Assembly (NCBI GenBank): GCA_947587615.1
Contig: CANPYC010000005.1
Location: forward strand, 12,853 to 76,852
DNA from: Candidatus Gastranaerophilales bacterium
Lineage (GTDB): Bacteria > Cyanobacteriota > Vampirovibrionia > Gastranaerophilales > Gastranaerophilaceae
Reading direction: 5' to 3'
Length of the DNA stretch: 64,000 nucleotides
Both the position numbers and the translations under genes were made by a program. The notes under the pieces were generated by a model. It saw nothing but the letters and a program-made list of their open reading frames with translations. It ran no database searches and was not told the origin of the DNA. Below are positions 39,007 to 49,376 of this stretch, one piece after another; position 1 is the stretch's first letter; each line of letters opens with the position of its first letter.

Positions 39007-40416
39007 ATGATGGAAAATTTTTTGGAAAATATAAATGCACAACTGAATATAAATGAATTTTTATCGTTTTTTTCAAGCGAACTTTTTTGCATTATCGGCA
39101 TGCTTGTTAATATTTTAATTTTTTTATTTTTAAGAAAAAAATTAAACGTTAAAAGAGTAAGCAATTTTGTTACAATAGGCGTATTTATAATTAATTCCAT
39201 AATTCTTTTATCAATTTATATTACAAATTCAATATTATTTGAAAACGTTAAGTTTGGAACATTTAACAATTTTTTGTTTTTTGATGACGAGAGCATACTA
39301 ATCAAGCTTTTAATAAATATATTTGCAATATTTTTTATACTTATAACTTACAAATTATCGGCAAAAGTTCATGCTAAAGGTGCAATTTTAAATGCAATTT
39401 TATTGGCTCTGGTTTTATGCTCAGGTCTTATGGTGCAGAGTGAAAACCCCGTTTTAACATATTTATTGCTTGAAATAAATTTGCTTTTAGTTTACAGATA
39501 TGCTTCAAATATGAGAATAAGGAAAATTGAACCTTTCAGCCGTTCCTATATAATCTATGGAGTTAGCGCAAGTATTTTAGTTGCTTTATTTTACCTGCTA
39601 AGCCTAAGAGCCTCTGATAGCACCCGATTAAGCATAATTCAAACAGGGCTTTGCTGCGCTATTTTGTTAAAAGCGGGAATATTTCCGATATATAATTATC
39701 TGATTGAGCGGCACTATAAAAAAAATATTCAATTTTCAATTTTACAGTTTTGCTATGTCCCTTTTGTATCAAGTGTTGCATTTATGAAAATTTTAGACAG
39801 CATGAATTTATTGGATGAAGCTTTTCAAGTTTCAATGTTTATATTCTTGCTTTCGGTTTTATTCTGCAATTCAATTTCAACAATAAAATCAAAAAATTTA
39901 AACAAGCTTTTTGCAAATGCTGCATACTGTTTCAGCTCAATTGCAATAATGAATTGCCTGTTTTTAAACGATAACAATTTAAGTTTAAAATTTATCAGCC
40001 TTAGCGCCTTCTGCCTGCTTGGAATATATTCGCTTCTATGTGTATTAAAGATAAACTTAAAGATTGATAAAATTAACATAAGGACGCTTAGAGGAATGTT
40101 TTTGAACAATAAAACTTATTCTCTTTTATTATCCTTACAATTGTTATTTTTATGCGGGGTTTTGCCAAGCGGGGTAAGTCTTTACGGATTAAAAATTCTA
40201 TATAGCGCATATTTATTTGATAAAGTCGGCGTATTTTCGCTTTGTGCAATTATATTTGCTTTAATACCGATAATTTTTGCAATGTTAAATATAATTCAAA
40301 ATATTTACGCTTTTGACAAAAAAGAGGCAGTTCAATGTTTAACCAAAAAGACTGCGGTTAATTATTTTATAAGTTTAATTATAATTATTTTTCTTGTTAT
40401 AAATATGTTTGTATAA
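39007..40416 (+). CDS. divergent NuoN/MrpD-like membrane protein, paralog 3
   Basis: 469-aa ORF colinear with E. coli NuoN as I remember it (YLLLEINLL, LLKAGIFPIYNY, NLNKLFANAAY). Confidence 0.55.
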   Translation: MMENFLENINAQLNINEFLSFFSSELFCIIGMLVNILIFLFLRKKLNVKRVSNFVTIGVFIINSIILLSIYITNSILFENVKFGTFNNFLFFDDESILIKLLINIFAIFFILITYKLSAKVHAKGAILNAILLALVLCSGLMVQSENPVLTYLLLEINLLLVYRYASNMRIRKIEPFSRSYIIYGVSASILVALFYLLSLRASDSTRLSIIQTGLCCAILLKAGIFPIYNYLIERHYKKNIQFSILQFCYVPFVSSVAFMKILDSMNLLDEAFQVSMFIFLLSVLFCNSISTIKSKNLNKLFANAAYCFSSIAIMNCLFLNDNNLSLKFISLSAFCLLGIYSLLCVLKINLKIDKINIRTLRGMFLNNKTYSLLLSLQLLFLCGVLPSGVSLYGLKILYSAYLFDKVGVFSLCAIIFALIPIIFAMLNIIQNIYAFDKKEAVQCLTKKTAVNYFISLIIIIFLVINMFV

Positions 40417-40428
40417 GTTTAATAAATT

Positions 40429-40456
40429 AAAACAACCTTAAATCTAAGGTTGTTTT
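40429..40456. terminator. bidirectional intrinsic terminator
   Basis: AAAACAACCTTA-aatc-TAAGGTTGTTTT. Confidence 0.75.
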
Positions 40457-40481
40457 AATTTTACATATATTTTACGGATTT

Positions 40482-40829
40482 TTACAGATTTTCTACGTAT
40501 TTATCTTGTTCATATAATGTTGAATAACGGTTCAAATCATCATTCCAGCAGTTAGTAAAGTTGATTTCATGTTCTCCAAACTGACCGTCATCTTGAATCG
40601 GATCAAGATAAATTTTTAATCTTGAATAAGCGCCAATTCTACCTTTTTTGAGTTTATAGTTTCTCTTCGCACCGTTTCTGTATTTTACCAAATCAACCAC
40701 TTGTAAAGCGCTGTCACTATATCCCGATCTTTTTAGCAAGCCTAAATCGCTTTGCTGTTCGGTTGTTAAAGCTAATGACGGACCGCAGGTTAAAGCTATA
40801 CACCCTAATAATACTAATACTTTTTTCAT
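40482..40829 (-). CDS. small secreted protein or lipoprotein (115 aa)
   Basis: N-terminus MKKVLVLLGCIALTCGPSLA contains a lipobox-like LLGC. Confidence 0.6.
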   Translation of the reverse strand: MKKVLVLLGCIALTCGPSLALTTEQQSDLGLLKRSGYSDSALQVVDLVKYRNGAKRNYKLKKGRIGAYSRLKIYLDPIQDDGQFGEHEINFTNCWNDDLNRYSTLYEQDKYVENL

Positions 40830-40909
40830 TATCTTACCTCTGATTAATCAAAACAATTCCATTTTAATAACTATTATATACTAATTTTATGATTTTACAA
40901 AATATTTAA

Positions 40910-41959
40910 TTATATTTCCAAGTCTTTGCGTATGATTTTTTCAAGTTCTTCCAATAAATTTTCCTGCGGAACTTTTTTTATCATTTCGCCTTTTTTAAAG
41001 ATATAACCTTCTCCTATTGCTCCAGCTATTCCATAATCGGCGCTCTTTGCTTCTTTTGGACCGTTAACGGGGCAACCCATTGTTGCTATTGTTATAGGAG
41101 CTTTAATATTACAAAATCTTTTTTCAACTTCTTTAGCTAAACCTATTAAGTCAATTTGGGTTCTGCCGCAAGTGGGGCATGAGATAAAATTAACCCCGCA
41201 TTTTTTTAAACCGAGCGTTTTTAAGATATCTTTAGCGAGTTTTACTTCTTCAATGGGGTCTTCTGTTAATGATACTCTTATGGTATCTCCAATTCCATCT
41301 GCTAAGAGCGCTCCGATTGCTATTGAAGATTTAACAATTCCTCCTCTTAGGGTACCTGCTTCGGTTAAACCGATATGAAGAGGGTAGGGTGTTTCATTAT
41401 ACATTTTTCTGTATGCTTTAATTGTTGTCATAACATCAGAAGATTTTAGAGAAATTTTAATAAGATGAAAATTTAAATCTTCTAAAATTTTTATATGTCT
41501 TTTAGCTGATTCAACCATCTTATCTTCTAAGGTCATTATTTTATTTTCATATAAGTCTTTTTCTAAGGAACCTGCGTTAACTCCTATTCTAATTGGAGTA
41601 GAAGTTTTTTTTGCCATCTCAACAACACGCATTGTGTGTTCAATATTTCCAATATTACCGGGGTTAATCCTAAGAGCATTAATTCCATTATCCATAGCAA
41701 TTAAAGCTAATCTATGGTCAAAATGAATATCTGCTACAACAGGAATCGGGGAATATTTTACAATTTCACCAAGTGCAAGGGCGCAATTTTTATTTAAAAC
41801 CGCAACTCTGATTATCTCGCAGCCTTCATTCGCTAAAGTTTCAATTTGATTTAGCGTAGCTTTAGTGTCATCTGTTTTTGTGTTTGTCATAGATTGAATT
41901 GAAACGGGAGCACCGTTTCCGATTTCTATATTACCTATTTTTATTCTTATTTTTTCCAT
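40910..41959 (-). CDS. ispG: 4-hydroxy-3-methylbut-2-enyl diphosphate synthase
   Basis: 349-aa ORF with GcpE motifs (VQSMTNT, RINPGNIG, CPTCGR). Confidence 0.95.
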   Translation of the reverse strand: MEKIRIKIGNIEIGNGAPVSIQSMTNTKTDDTKATLNQIETLANEGCEIIRVAVLNKNCALALGEIVKYSPIPVVADIHFDHRLALIAMDNGINALRINPGNIGNIEHTMRVVEMAKKTSTPIRIGVNAGSLEKDLYENKIMTLEDKMVESAKRHIKILEDLNFHLIKISLKSSDVMTTIKAYRKMYNETPYPLHIGLTEAGTLRGGIVKSSIAIGALLADGIGDTIRVSLTEDPIEEVKLAKDILKTLGLKKCGVNFISCPTCGRTQIDLIGLAKEVEKRFCNIKAPITIATMGCPVNGPKEAKSADYGIAGAIGEGYIFKKGEMIKKVPQENLLEELEKIIRKDLEI

Positions 41960-42027
41960 ATTTTTTAAACCTTTTGTTTATGATAAACTGATATAAAAAG
42001 CATAACATAAAGACTTGAGGAAGATGA

Positions 42028-44139
42028 ATGTTTAAAAAAATAGAGTTTAAAGAGTCGGGTTATCCTATTATTGAAATCTGTTTTTGGTTGATTGTTGCAC
42101 TATCAATAATTTATATTTTTTTAATATTCTTTTTAGATATTTATAATTTTAAAGTAAAAAGCTTAAATTATCCGCTTGAAGAAATAAAAGTAAACTTAGA
42201 ATACACAAAACACTTCAAAGTGCAAAATGTTTTTTTCTGCTATAACGACAAATGCGCTTCTTTTGAACCCGACACATACTACAATGTTTATTCTTCAACA
42301 TTTGACAATGAGAATCCCGCATTTTTAAAAAGCAAAGTAAAAAATATTTATCTTGCCTACCCTAAACAAACAAAAGATTTTGAAAATAATATCAGAAATA
42401 TTGATATTAATATAGGTAATAAAAACTATTATTTTACAAAAGAAGATATTAAAAAGCTTGATAAAAAAACCGTATCACTTGAAATTGAAGACAATAACTC
42501 TAAAAGCGAATATACTTTAATAAAATTTCCCAAAGTATCAAACTATAAAGGTATTTTAAGCCATATTAAAATATTAATTTTATCGCTTTTTTATAATTGG
42601 CAATTGTTTCTTTTCCCTTATTTTTGGCTTACATGCGCAGCTATAATATATATATTCAACAATAAGAAATTTAAATTCAAACCCAAGTTTGAATTTAACA
42701 AAAAATTTTACTACAGTACTTTTTTCCTTATACTTTTTTTGGGAATATTTCTGCGACTTGTTGATATAACTTATTTTCCTCTTTGGAACGATGAAATTTA
42801 TACAAAAGTAATTGCGCTTGACAACTTTAAAGCTTGTTTTCAAGACGCAGGCAATCCGCCTTTATTCTTTATCATAGATTTTGTTTTTAAAAAGCTATTC
42901 TCAAATTCAGATTTTATCTTAAGACTTCCTTCTTTTATATTTGGGGTTTTATTTGTCTATATGACATTTGTTTTGTTTAAATTATTTTCGATAAAACAAG
43001 CGCTTTTTGCTTCCTTCTTAGCTTCAATTAATTTAATTAATATCTATCACTCGCAGGAAGCCAGAGGGTATGCTCTATCAATGCTGCTTATTGTTTCAAG
43101 TGTATATTTTTTATTCAGATATTTAAAAGAGCCTGTTTGCAAAAATTTAATTTTTTACGGACTTTTGACTGCTCTGTGCGTTAATAATAATTATTATTTA
43201 ATTTTATTCTCTTTTTCAAATTTTATATGGGGAATTGTCCATTTAGCGCAAAACAAGAATAAAAAAGAAATTCTTAAATTTATCTCGGTTAATTTTATTT
43301 GCGCACTGACAATTATTCCTTATGTTTTAATTTCAATGAAAACCGCTCTTAGTAATGATTTTAATGCTTGGATTCCCGAGCTTTCAAAAGAAACCGTATT
43401 ATATATTATTAATGCTTATTTTATAAATAAACAAATTTTTATTTCGCTTTGTATTGTCCTTTTATTAAGTTTAATTTTATGCTATTTACCAAAAAAAATT
43501 AAAGAAAAAATAAATATAGAAATTAATCCCGATAAAGAAAACATGTTTATTTATTTGATTTATTCATTTGTTTTCATACTTATTTGCGCAAGTCTAATTT
43601 CCGTCTTTATTAAGCCCATAGTACACAAAAGAGTACTGCTTGCAATATATGGTTTATTATTTGTGCTTGAAACACTTATGATAATCGGTATTTTTGATTT
43701 TAAAAAGATTAATAATTATCTGAAAAGTTTTAAGCTTTTGTATTCAATAATATTAATGTTTGTTTGTTTTTCAATTACCGTACCAATGCCTTTAAGAGAA
43801 CTTATAAACACATACAATTTTATGAAATTTGTTTTAAATGATTCAAAATTGTATTCAAATGAATATGAAATACATGTTCTAACGGCAGATACTTTTGAAC
43901 AATTAAAAGCTTATCCGAAAATTATGAACAATAAAAAAATTCATTGGCACTTCTTTAACGCTAATAACGGTTCAACTCTTTATAGCATAAAAAAGACAGA
44001 CTATATTGAAGGTGATAAAAAAGCTGTTTTATATTTTAACAGTATCGGAATTGAAATCCATGGCGCTACAATGTTCAATCCAAAAGCATATTTGTATGAA
44101 ACAAATTTAATTCCTAACGGAAAAATCGTTTATAAATAA
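42028..44139 (+). CDS. GT-C (GT39/ArnT-like) membrane glycosyltransferase with an extra N-terminal domain
   Basis: 703-aa polytopic ORF carrying the family-typical YFPLWNDEIYT motif. Confidence 0.65.
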   Translation: MFKKIEFKESGYPIIEICFWLIVALSIIYIFLIFFLDIYNFKVKSLNYPLEEIKVNLEYTKHFKVQNVFFCYNDKCASFEPDTYYNVYSSTFDNENPAFLKSKVKNIYLAYPKQTKDFENNIRNIDINIGNKNYYFTKEDIKKLDKKTVSLEIEDNNSKSEYTLIKFPKVSNYKGILSHIKILILSLFYNWQLFLFPYFWLTCAAIIYIFNNKKFKFKPKFEFNKKFYYSTFFLILFLGIFLRLVDITYFPLWNDEIYTKVIALDNFKACFQDAGNPPLFFIIDFVFKKLFSNSDFILRLPSFIFGVLFVYMTFVLFKLFSIKQALFASFLASINLINIYHSQEARGYALSMLLIVSSVYFLFRYLKEPVCKNLIFYGLLTALCVNNNYYLILFSFSNFIWGIVHLAQNKNKKEILKFISVNFICALTIIPYVLISMKTALSNDFNAWIPELSKETVLYIINAYFINKQIFISLCIVLLLSLILCYLPKKIKEKINIEINPDKENMFIYLIYSFVFILICASLISVFIKPIVHKRVLLAIYGLLFVLETLMIIGIFDFKKINNYLKSFKLLYSIILMFVCFSITVPMPLRELINTYNFMKFVLNDSKLYSNEYEIHVLTADTFEQLKAYPKIMNNKKIHWHFFNANNGSTLYSIKKTDYIEGDKKAVLYFNSIGIEIHGATMFNPKAYLYETNLIPNGKIVYK

Positions 44140-44158
44140 AGCTAATAAGGAGAAAATA

Positions 44159-44896
44159 ATGAAAATAGCAATAATATCAGATATCCATGCCAACCCTTTA
44201 GCGTATGAGGCAGTAAGTAAAAGTATTAATAAATTTAGCCCGGATAAAATCTTCTGTTTGGGTGATTTAATCCTTGGAGGGTATAACCCCAATTATATCT
44301 GCGAAAAAATTATAGAGCTTAAAGAAAAAATGAAAGATGATTTTATAATTATACAGGGTAACACCGATAAAATGATTGCAAATTATACGCATGAGCTTGC
44401 TCAAAAAGTAATAGATGCATTCCCTGCCATGGGTTATTCTTATATGGAAGATGTTAAAATAACGGATAAAAAGTATATTGAATTTGTAAAAAATCTTGAT
44501 GAGAAAAAATCCCTAACCTTAAACGGTTTAAAAATTGAGCTTGTACACGGTTCACCAAGAAAACAGGATGAAAATATTTTCCCTAATTTAAAAGAAGAAG
44601 AAGTTGAAAAAATGGTTGAGGCTTCAAGCGCTGATTTAATTTTATGCGGACATACCCATAAACCTTGTGCTTATTGCTTAAATTCAGGTAAAACCGTGGT
44701 AAATGTCGGTTCGGTCGGAAGATCCATGACGGATAACGGGGATAGAAGAGCAGTATATCTTGAAGCTACAATTGATAAAAATTCAAAATTTGTTGTTGAG
44801 CATAAATTTGTTGAATATGATAATATTCTAGCTTCAAGACATATTCTTATAAGAAACTTTAAACACTGTGAAGACTTAGCTAAGATGTATGTTTAG
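44159..44896 (+). CDS. calcineurin-like metallophosphoesterase
   Basis: Motifs SDIH, GDL, GNTD, VHGSP and CGHTH occur in the canonical order. Confidence 0.85.
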   Translation: MKIAIISDIHANPLAYEAVSKSINKFSPDKIFCLGDLILGGYNPNYICEKIIELKEKMKDDFIIIQGNTDKMIANYTHELAQKVIDAFPAMGYSYMEDVKITDKKYIEFVKNLDEKKSLTLNGLKIELVHGSPRKQDENIFPNLKEEEVEKMVEASSADLILCGHTHKPCAYCLNSGKTVVNVGSVGRSMTDNGDRRAVYLEATIDKNSKFVVEHKFVEYDNILASRHILIRNFKHCEDLAKMYV

Positions 44897-44905
44897 CAAG
44901 CTTAA

Positions 44906-46153
44906 TCAGTCGACAATAGCGCCTTTTGGAACAACTGTTATTCCTCCTTGAGATATGTAAAAACCTCTTTTTAAATCTTCTTCTTTATTAAAGCCGATTT
45001 CCGTATAAGGAGGAATTTCAACATTCTTATCTATAATTGCACGATTTATTTGCGAATGTCTGCCTATTGTAACATTTTCCATTAAAATTGAATCGCTAAC
45101 CTGACAATAGCTGTTTATTCTAACCATAGGAGACAGAATGCAGCCTGATATCATACCGCCCGATATAATGCAGCCCTCTGAAACAAGCGAGTTTTTAGCA
45201 TACCCCACTCGTTCATCTTCATCTCGAATAAATTTTGCCGGAGGAAAGTTATAGTTAAATGTTCTTAAGGGCCAATCCGGAGAATACAGGTTTAGCTCGG
45301 GTTCATAAGCCAATAAATCCATATTAGCTTGCCAGTAGCTATCAACATTTCCGACGTCTTTCCAATAACCACGCTCGGCAGGTGTCATGCCTGAAAATTC
45401 ATTGTTTGAAAAATTGTAAATATAAACCTTTGAACCGTCATTTAACATATTTGGAATAATATTTTTTCCAAAATCATGGTCTGATTTTTCTTCTTTTGAA
45501 TCTTTTATAAGTTCACTAACAAGTTTATCAGGTTCAAAAATGTAATTTCCCATTGAAGCAAGGCATTTAGAGGGGTCATTTGGAATATGTTTCGGGGTAT
45601 GCTTTGGTTTTTCTATGAAATTTTGCAATCTCCAATCATCATCAACTTCTATTATTCCGTATTCACCGGCAAGCTCAATCGGTATAGCAATAGCTGAAAT
45701 TGTTAAATCGGCTTTCTTTCGAATGTGGTAGTTAAGCATTTGCCTAACATCCATTTTATAAATATGGTCGCCTCCAAAAACAGCAACATGGCTGAATGAT
45801 TCATCAGTTATTTGATTAATATTTTGAAAAATTGCGTCTGCCGTTCCTTTGTACCAGTTTCCATCCGTTCGCATTTGAGCGGGAACTAAATCAACATATT
45901 GATCAATTGATGAACATAAATTCCAACCTCTTGAAATATGTTTATTCAAAGAGTCGGATTTATACTGCGTTAGAATTTTTATTTGATGAAAACCGCTGTT
46001 AACAAAGTTATTTAAAACGAAGTCTATAATTCTGTATCTTCCGCCAAAAGGTACTGCGGGCTTTGCTCTATCCTTTGTTAGAGGATAAAGGCGCTTACCT
46101 TGACCGCCCGCTAAAATCATAGTTAAAACCTTTTCGTGGAACATCTTTAACAC
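44906..46153 (-). CDS. glgC: glucose-1-phosphate adenylyltransferase
   Basis: ILAGGQGKRLYPLTKDRAKPAVPFGG and a C-terminal left-handed beta-helix region. Confidence 0.93.
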   Translation of the reverse strand: MLKMFHEKVLTMILAGGQGKRLYPLTKDRAKPAVPFGGRYRIIDFVLNNFVNSGFHQIKILTQYKSDSLNKHISRGWNLCSSIDQYVDLVPAQMRTDGNWYKGTADAIFQNINQITDESFSHVAVFGGDHIYKMDVRQMLNYHIRKKADLTISAIAIPIELAGEYGIIEVDDDWRLQNFIEKPKHTPKHIPNDPSKCLASMGNYIFEPDKLVSELIKDSKEEKSDHDFGKNIIPNMLNDGSKVYIYNFSNNEFSGMTPAERGYWKDVGNVDSYWQANMDLLAYEPELNLYSPDWPLRTFNYNFPPAKFIRDEDERVGYAKNSLVSEGCIISGGMISGCILSPMVRINSYCQVSDSILMENVTIGRHSQINRAIIDKNVEIPPYTEIGFNKEEDLKRGFYISQGGITVVPKGAIVD

Positions 46154-46325
46154 CTGTTTTTGCTATATATATTAATTTTAATTATCTGAATTTTTAAAAA
46201 CAATAATTCAAATATATGTTTTTAGGATTAATTTTATTTTAGTTAAGTATTGTAAAAAATTAGCCAATCTGACAAAAAAATTTTTTTAGAGGCTTTGTAT
46301 GAAAAATTAAGCGAGGAATACTAAG

Positions 46326-49300
46326 ATGAAGATTAATAACATTAAACCTTTAAAAACGGAATATTTACAAAACAACTCAATAAATTTTACCAAAAGATTA
46401 AATAATGACACTAAAGCAAAAAATAAAAAAACCTGCGTCAAAACGGGTGTTGGAATAAGTTATTTTACTACTCCTCAATATCATAAGCAGTATATGCACC
46501 TTGTTGAAAATTTAACCCCTGAAGCGCAAGAAGAAACAAATCTCGCTCATAAGCTGGCAAGAAAATATGTTGTATATAAAGACAATAAATCAAAACAGGG
46601 CTTAATAACCTATGATCATCACTATATTGCTTCTTTGATGATGTTGTTGAAATTTGCAAAAGAAGTTAAACAGGGTTTAACAACTTTTGAAAATGAAAAA
46701 AATTATACAATTCCCGCTTTGGTTTGTGAGGCTGTAAATAATCCGAGAATATGGTTCAATGAATCAATAGATGATGTTATTAAAGTAATTGAAGATGAAA
46801 TAAAGGCTTCAGCTAAAGAATTAAAAGAAAAATCAAAACCAAACGGCTTTGTTACATCAATTGAAATTGATAAAAAATTTATGCAAAACATCAATATTTT
46901 GGTAAATACTCTTGCGCTGGATTTTCAACAAAACGCTCAATCGCTTAATTTAAATGATAATTACGCCATGCTTGCAATGCAAATGGGAGATAGGAAAATC
47001 AATGCAAAACTTTTAAACTTTTTTCATAATGTTGATATGGCGGTATCAACAAAAGACGAAGAAAAAATAACAAACCTCTCTTTTTATGATGAAATTTCTC
47101 AAAAAATATTAAAAAATATAGACAGAGGCTACAACATTAACGTAATTCATTCCGACGATGACGATAAAGAAGGAGAGTATCTGGTTAAAAATCTGCTTGA
47201 GCAAATAAAAAATACTACTTTGGATACGGGTTATAAAAATCTCAATAAAGATAATACGGAAGTTGTAAATATTAACAAAAAAGGAAGCTTATACACCGCT
47301 TTATATGAAATAAATAAAATTGATGAAAATGATAAAAAACATCACATATTTATAATTCAAGATATGGGAAACAACTTTAAAAACAGCTACGTAGCAAATG
47401 GGGATAGAGCGGTAATTTATGAAGATGTACTTCAAAAAACAATAAACACAAAAAAGAAAAACGTTCATTTTATTATACTGTCAAAACAAGACGACTATTA
47501 CGATTACGAACAATCACCTTCAATTAATAAAATTTTTTCAAAATATCAGGTACTACAACTTCCCATAATGGAGCAAAAATCAACTAAAGCTGCTTTATCG
47601 AATACCAAAAAAGATATTGAAGAATGTATCGGAATGAAAATTTCCCCTTCAGCTCTTGATTTAGCTTGCGAGCTTGTTTCAAACGACAAGGGTTCAAAGT
47701 ATGATAATACTTTAAAATTTATTGAGCATGTTGCTTCATATTACATTAATGAAAAAGAAATAACAAAAGACCATGTCTTATCTTACTGGGAAAATTCCAA
47801 AAAAATTAACACCAAAGCGGATGACGGCTCTTACGAGATTATTTTTGACACTAAAAAAGGTTTTGATGATATCATAGGTTCTCCGATGGTTAAAGAGCAA
47901 GCAGAGCTTGCAGTGTATGAAATTAAAAATTTTCCCAAAACAAAAGGTTATGTTATCTATAACTCGGATGGCACAGGGGGCGGCAGATTAAATTGCGCAA
48001 AAGCAATTGCGGGAGAAGCAAAAATCCCTATGGTTATAATAAACGCTGCTGATTTTGCAATAAGAGATTTAGATACAATTAACAACGACCCTATGAGCGC
48101 TATTGATACAAAAATTAAAAAACTTTTTGATATCATTAAAAGTCAGGCGCAAGCGAATAAAAATAAAACAATTATGCTTTTTATATCTAACTTTGATAAC
48201 TTTGGCGCAGACCCTTTAACGGGATTAACTTCAATTTACGAGCAGCAGGCTTTTAATAAAATTTTAAAGGAAATGAAAAGAACAAAAATAGATAAAGACT
48301 ATAACCTTATTGTTATAGGTTCATCCAAGCTTCCTTATTATACAAATGAGAATATTCAGCGCCCCGGGTTGTTCAGTGATGAAATTATAATTTATCCTCC
48401 ACGCAGCAGAGAAAGCATAAAAGATATTTTAATTCATCATGCTAATAAAAAAGGCTACAAACTTGAAGGCGGGGTTGATGATAGAAATTCAAAATTAATT
48501 AAACATTTTTCAAATTTAGCGCTTGACTCAAATTATGTTGAAATAGCAGATATAATTGATAAAGCAAATATCCTATCTAAAAAAGACAATAGAGAAGAAA
48601 TAACAATTCCTGATTTAAATCAGGCTTATTTAATAAAATATTTAGGAATGCCCTCAAATCTTGAAGTGGGAGAAAAACAAAAAGAAGCAATAACCCGCCA
48701 TGAAGGAGGTCATGCTCTTAATTTGCAATTTATGTATGACATCTTAAAACAAAACGGCGATAATTTAAGAATACCCGATACCGCTTCAATTATAACACTT
48801 GACCCAAGGGGTGATTATTTAGGCTGTGTTATGCACAATAACTCGGAAGAAAATACGGTCGAAGAAAACCTTGAAACAGTATTTGCAAGAATGGTTTGTG
48901 CTTTCGGCGGAAACTCCGCAGAGCAGACTTTTTACAATTTAAAAGGTTCATGGGGCATATCTCAAGACTTAAAAAACGCTAACTATTGGGCAAGGGTTGC
49001 TGTTTTAGATATGGGGCTCGGAAAAAATATGGGCTATTATATCCCTGTTATGGAAAAAGGAACAAGAATCCCAAGACTGACAAAAGAAGATGAAATCAAC
49101 TACACAAAAGATGTTAAAGTTTTTATAAACAATGCAAAAATATTATCGGATAAAATTGTTGAATGTTATAAAGATTTTCTTGTTCAATTTTCAAACGAAC
49201 ACACTAAAGATTTTGGTACGGGTAACTGCGTTATAACAGGGGCAGATTTTGCCGATAGTTTACATGAATGGGAAAAAAATCAGCCTACACAAAAGAAAGC

Positions 49301-49376
49301 TGAAATTTATAAACTCAAAAATGAAGCTTATAAAATAATTGAAGATACAAAACAAGGAACGCTTTGTGTACATTAA
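46326..49376 (+). CDS. soluble FtsH-like protein (1016 aa): MKIN leader, ~520-aa unknown N-region, degenerate AAA+ module, M41-like peptidase with HEGGH
   Basis: AKAIAGEAKIPMV, RPGLFSDE and HEGGHAL (nt 48699-48713) are colinear with FtsH. No TM helices are present. Confidence 0.7.
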   Translation: MKINNIKPLKTEYLQNNSINFTKRLNNDTKAKNKKTCVKTGVGISYFTTPQYHKQYMHLVENLTPEAQEETNLAHKLARKYVVYKDNKSKQGLITYDHHYIASLMMLLKFAKEVKQGLTTFENEKNYTIPALVCEAVNNPRIWFNESIDDVIKVIEDEIKASAKELKEKSKPNGFVTSIEIDKKFMQNINILVNTLALDFQQNAQSLNLNDNYAMLAMQMGDRKINAKLLNFFHNVDMAVSTKDEEKITNLSFYDEISQKILKNIDRGYNINVIHSDDDDKEGEYLVKNLLEQIKNTTLDTGYKNLNKDNTEVVNINKKGSLYTALYEINKIDENDKKHHIFIIQDMGNNFKNSYVANGDRAVIYEDVLQKTINTKKKNVHFIILSKQDDYYDYEQSPSINKIFSKYQVLQLPIMEQKSTKAALSNTKKDIEECIGMKISPSALDLACELVSNDKGSKYDNTLKFIEHVASYYINEKEITKDHVLSYWENSKKINTKADDGSYEIIFDTKKGFDDIIGSPMVKEQAELAVYEIKNFPKTKGYVIYNSDGTGGGRLNCAKAIAGEAKIPMVIINAADFAIRDLDTINNDPMSAIDTKIKKLFDIIKSQAQANKNKTIMLFISNFDNFGADPLTGLTSIYEQQAFNKILKEMKRTKIDKDYNLIVIGSSKLPYYTNENIQRPGLFSDEIIIYPPRSRESIKDILIHHANKKGYKLEGGVDDRNSKLIKHFSNLALDSNYVEIADIIDKANILSKKDNREEITIPDLNQAYLIKYLGMPSNLEVGEKQKEAITRHEGGHALNLQFMYDILKQNGDNLRIPDTASIITLDPRGDYLGCVMHNNSEENTVEENLETVFARMVCAFGGNSAEQTFYNLKGSWGISQDLKNANYWARVAVLDMGLGKNMGYYIPVMEKGTRIPRLTKEDEINYTKDVKVFINNAKILSDKIVECYKDFLVQFSNEHTKDFGTGNCVITGADFADSLHEWEKNQPTQKKAEIYKLKNEAYKIIEDTKQGTLCVH

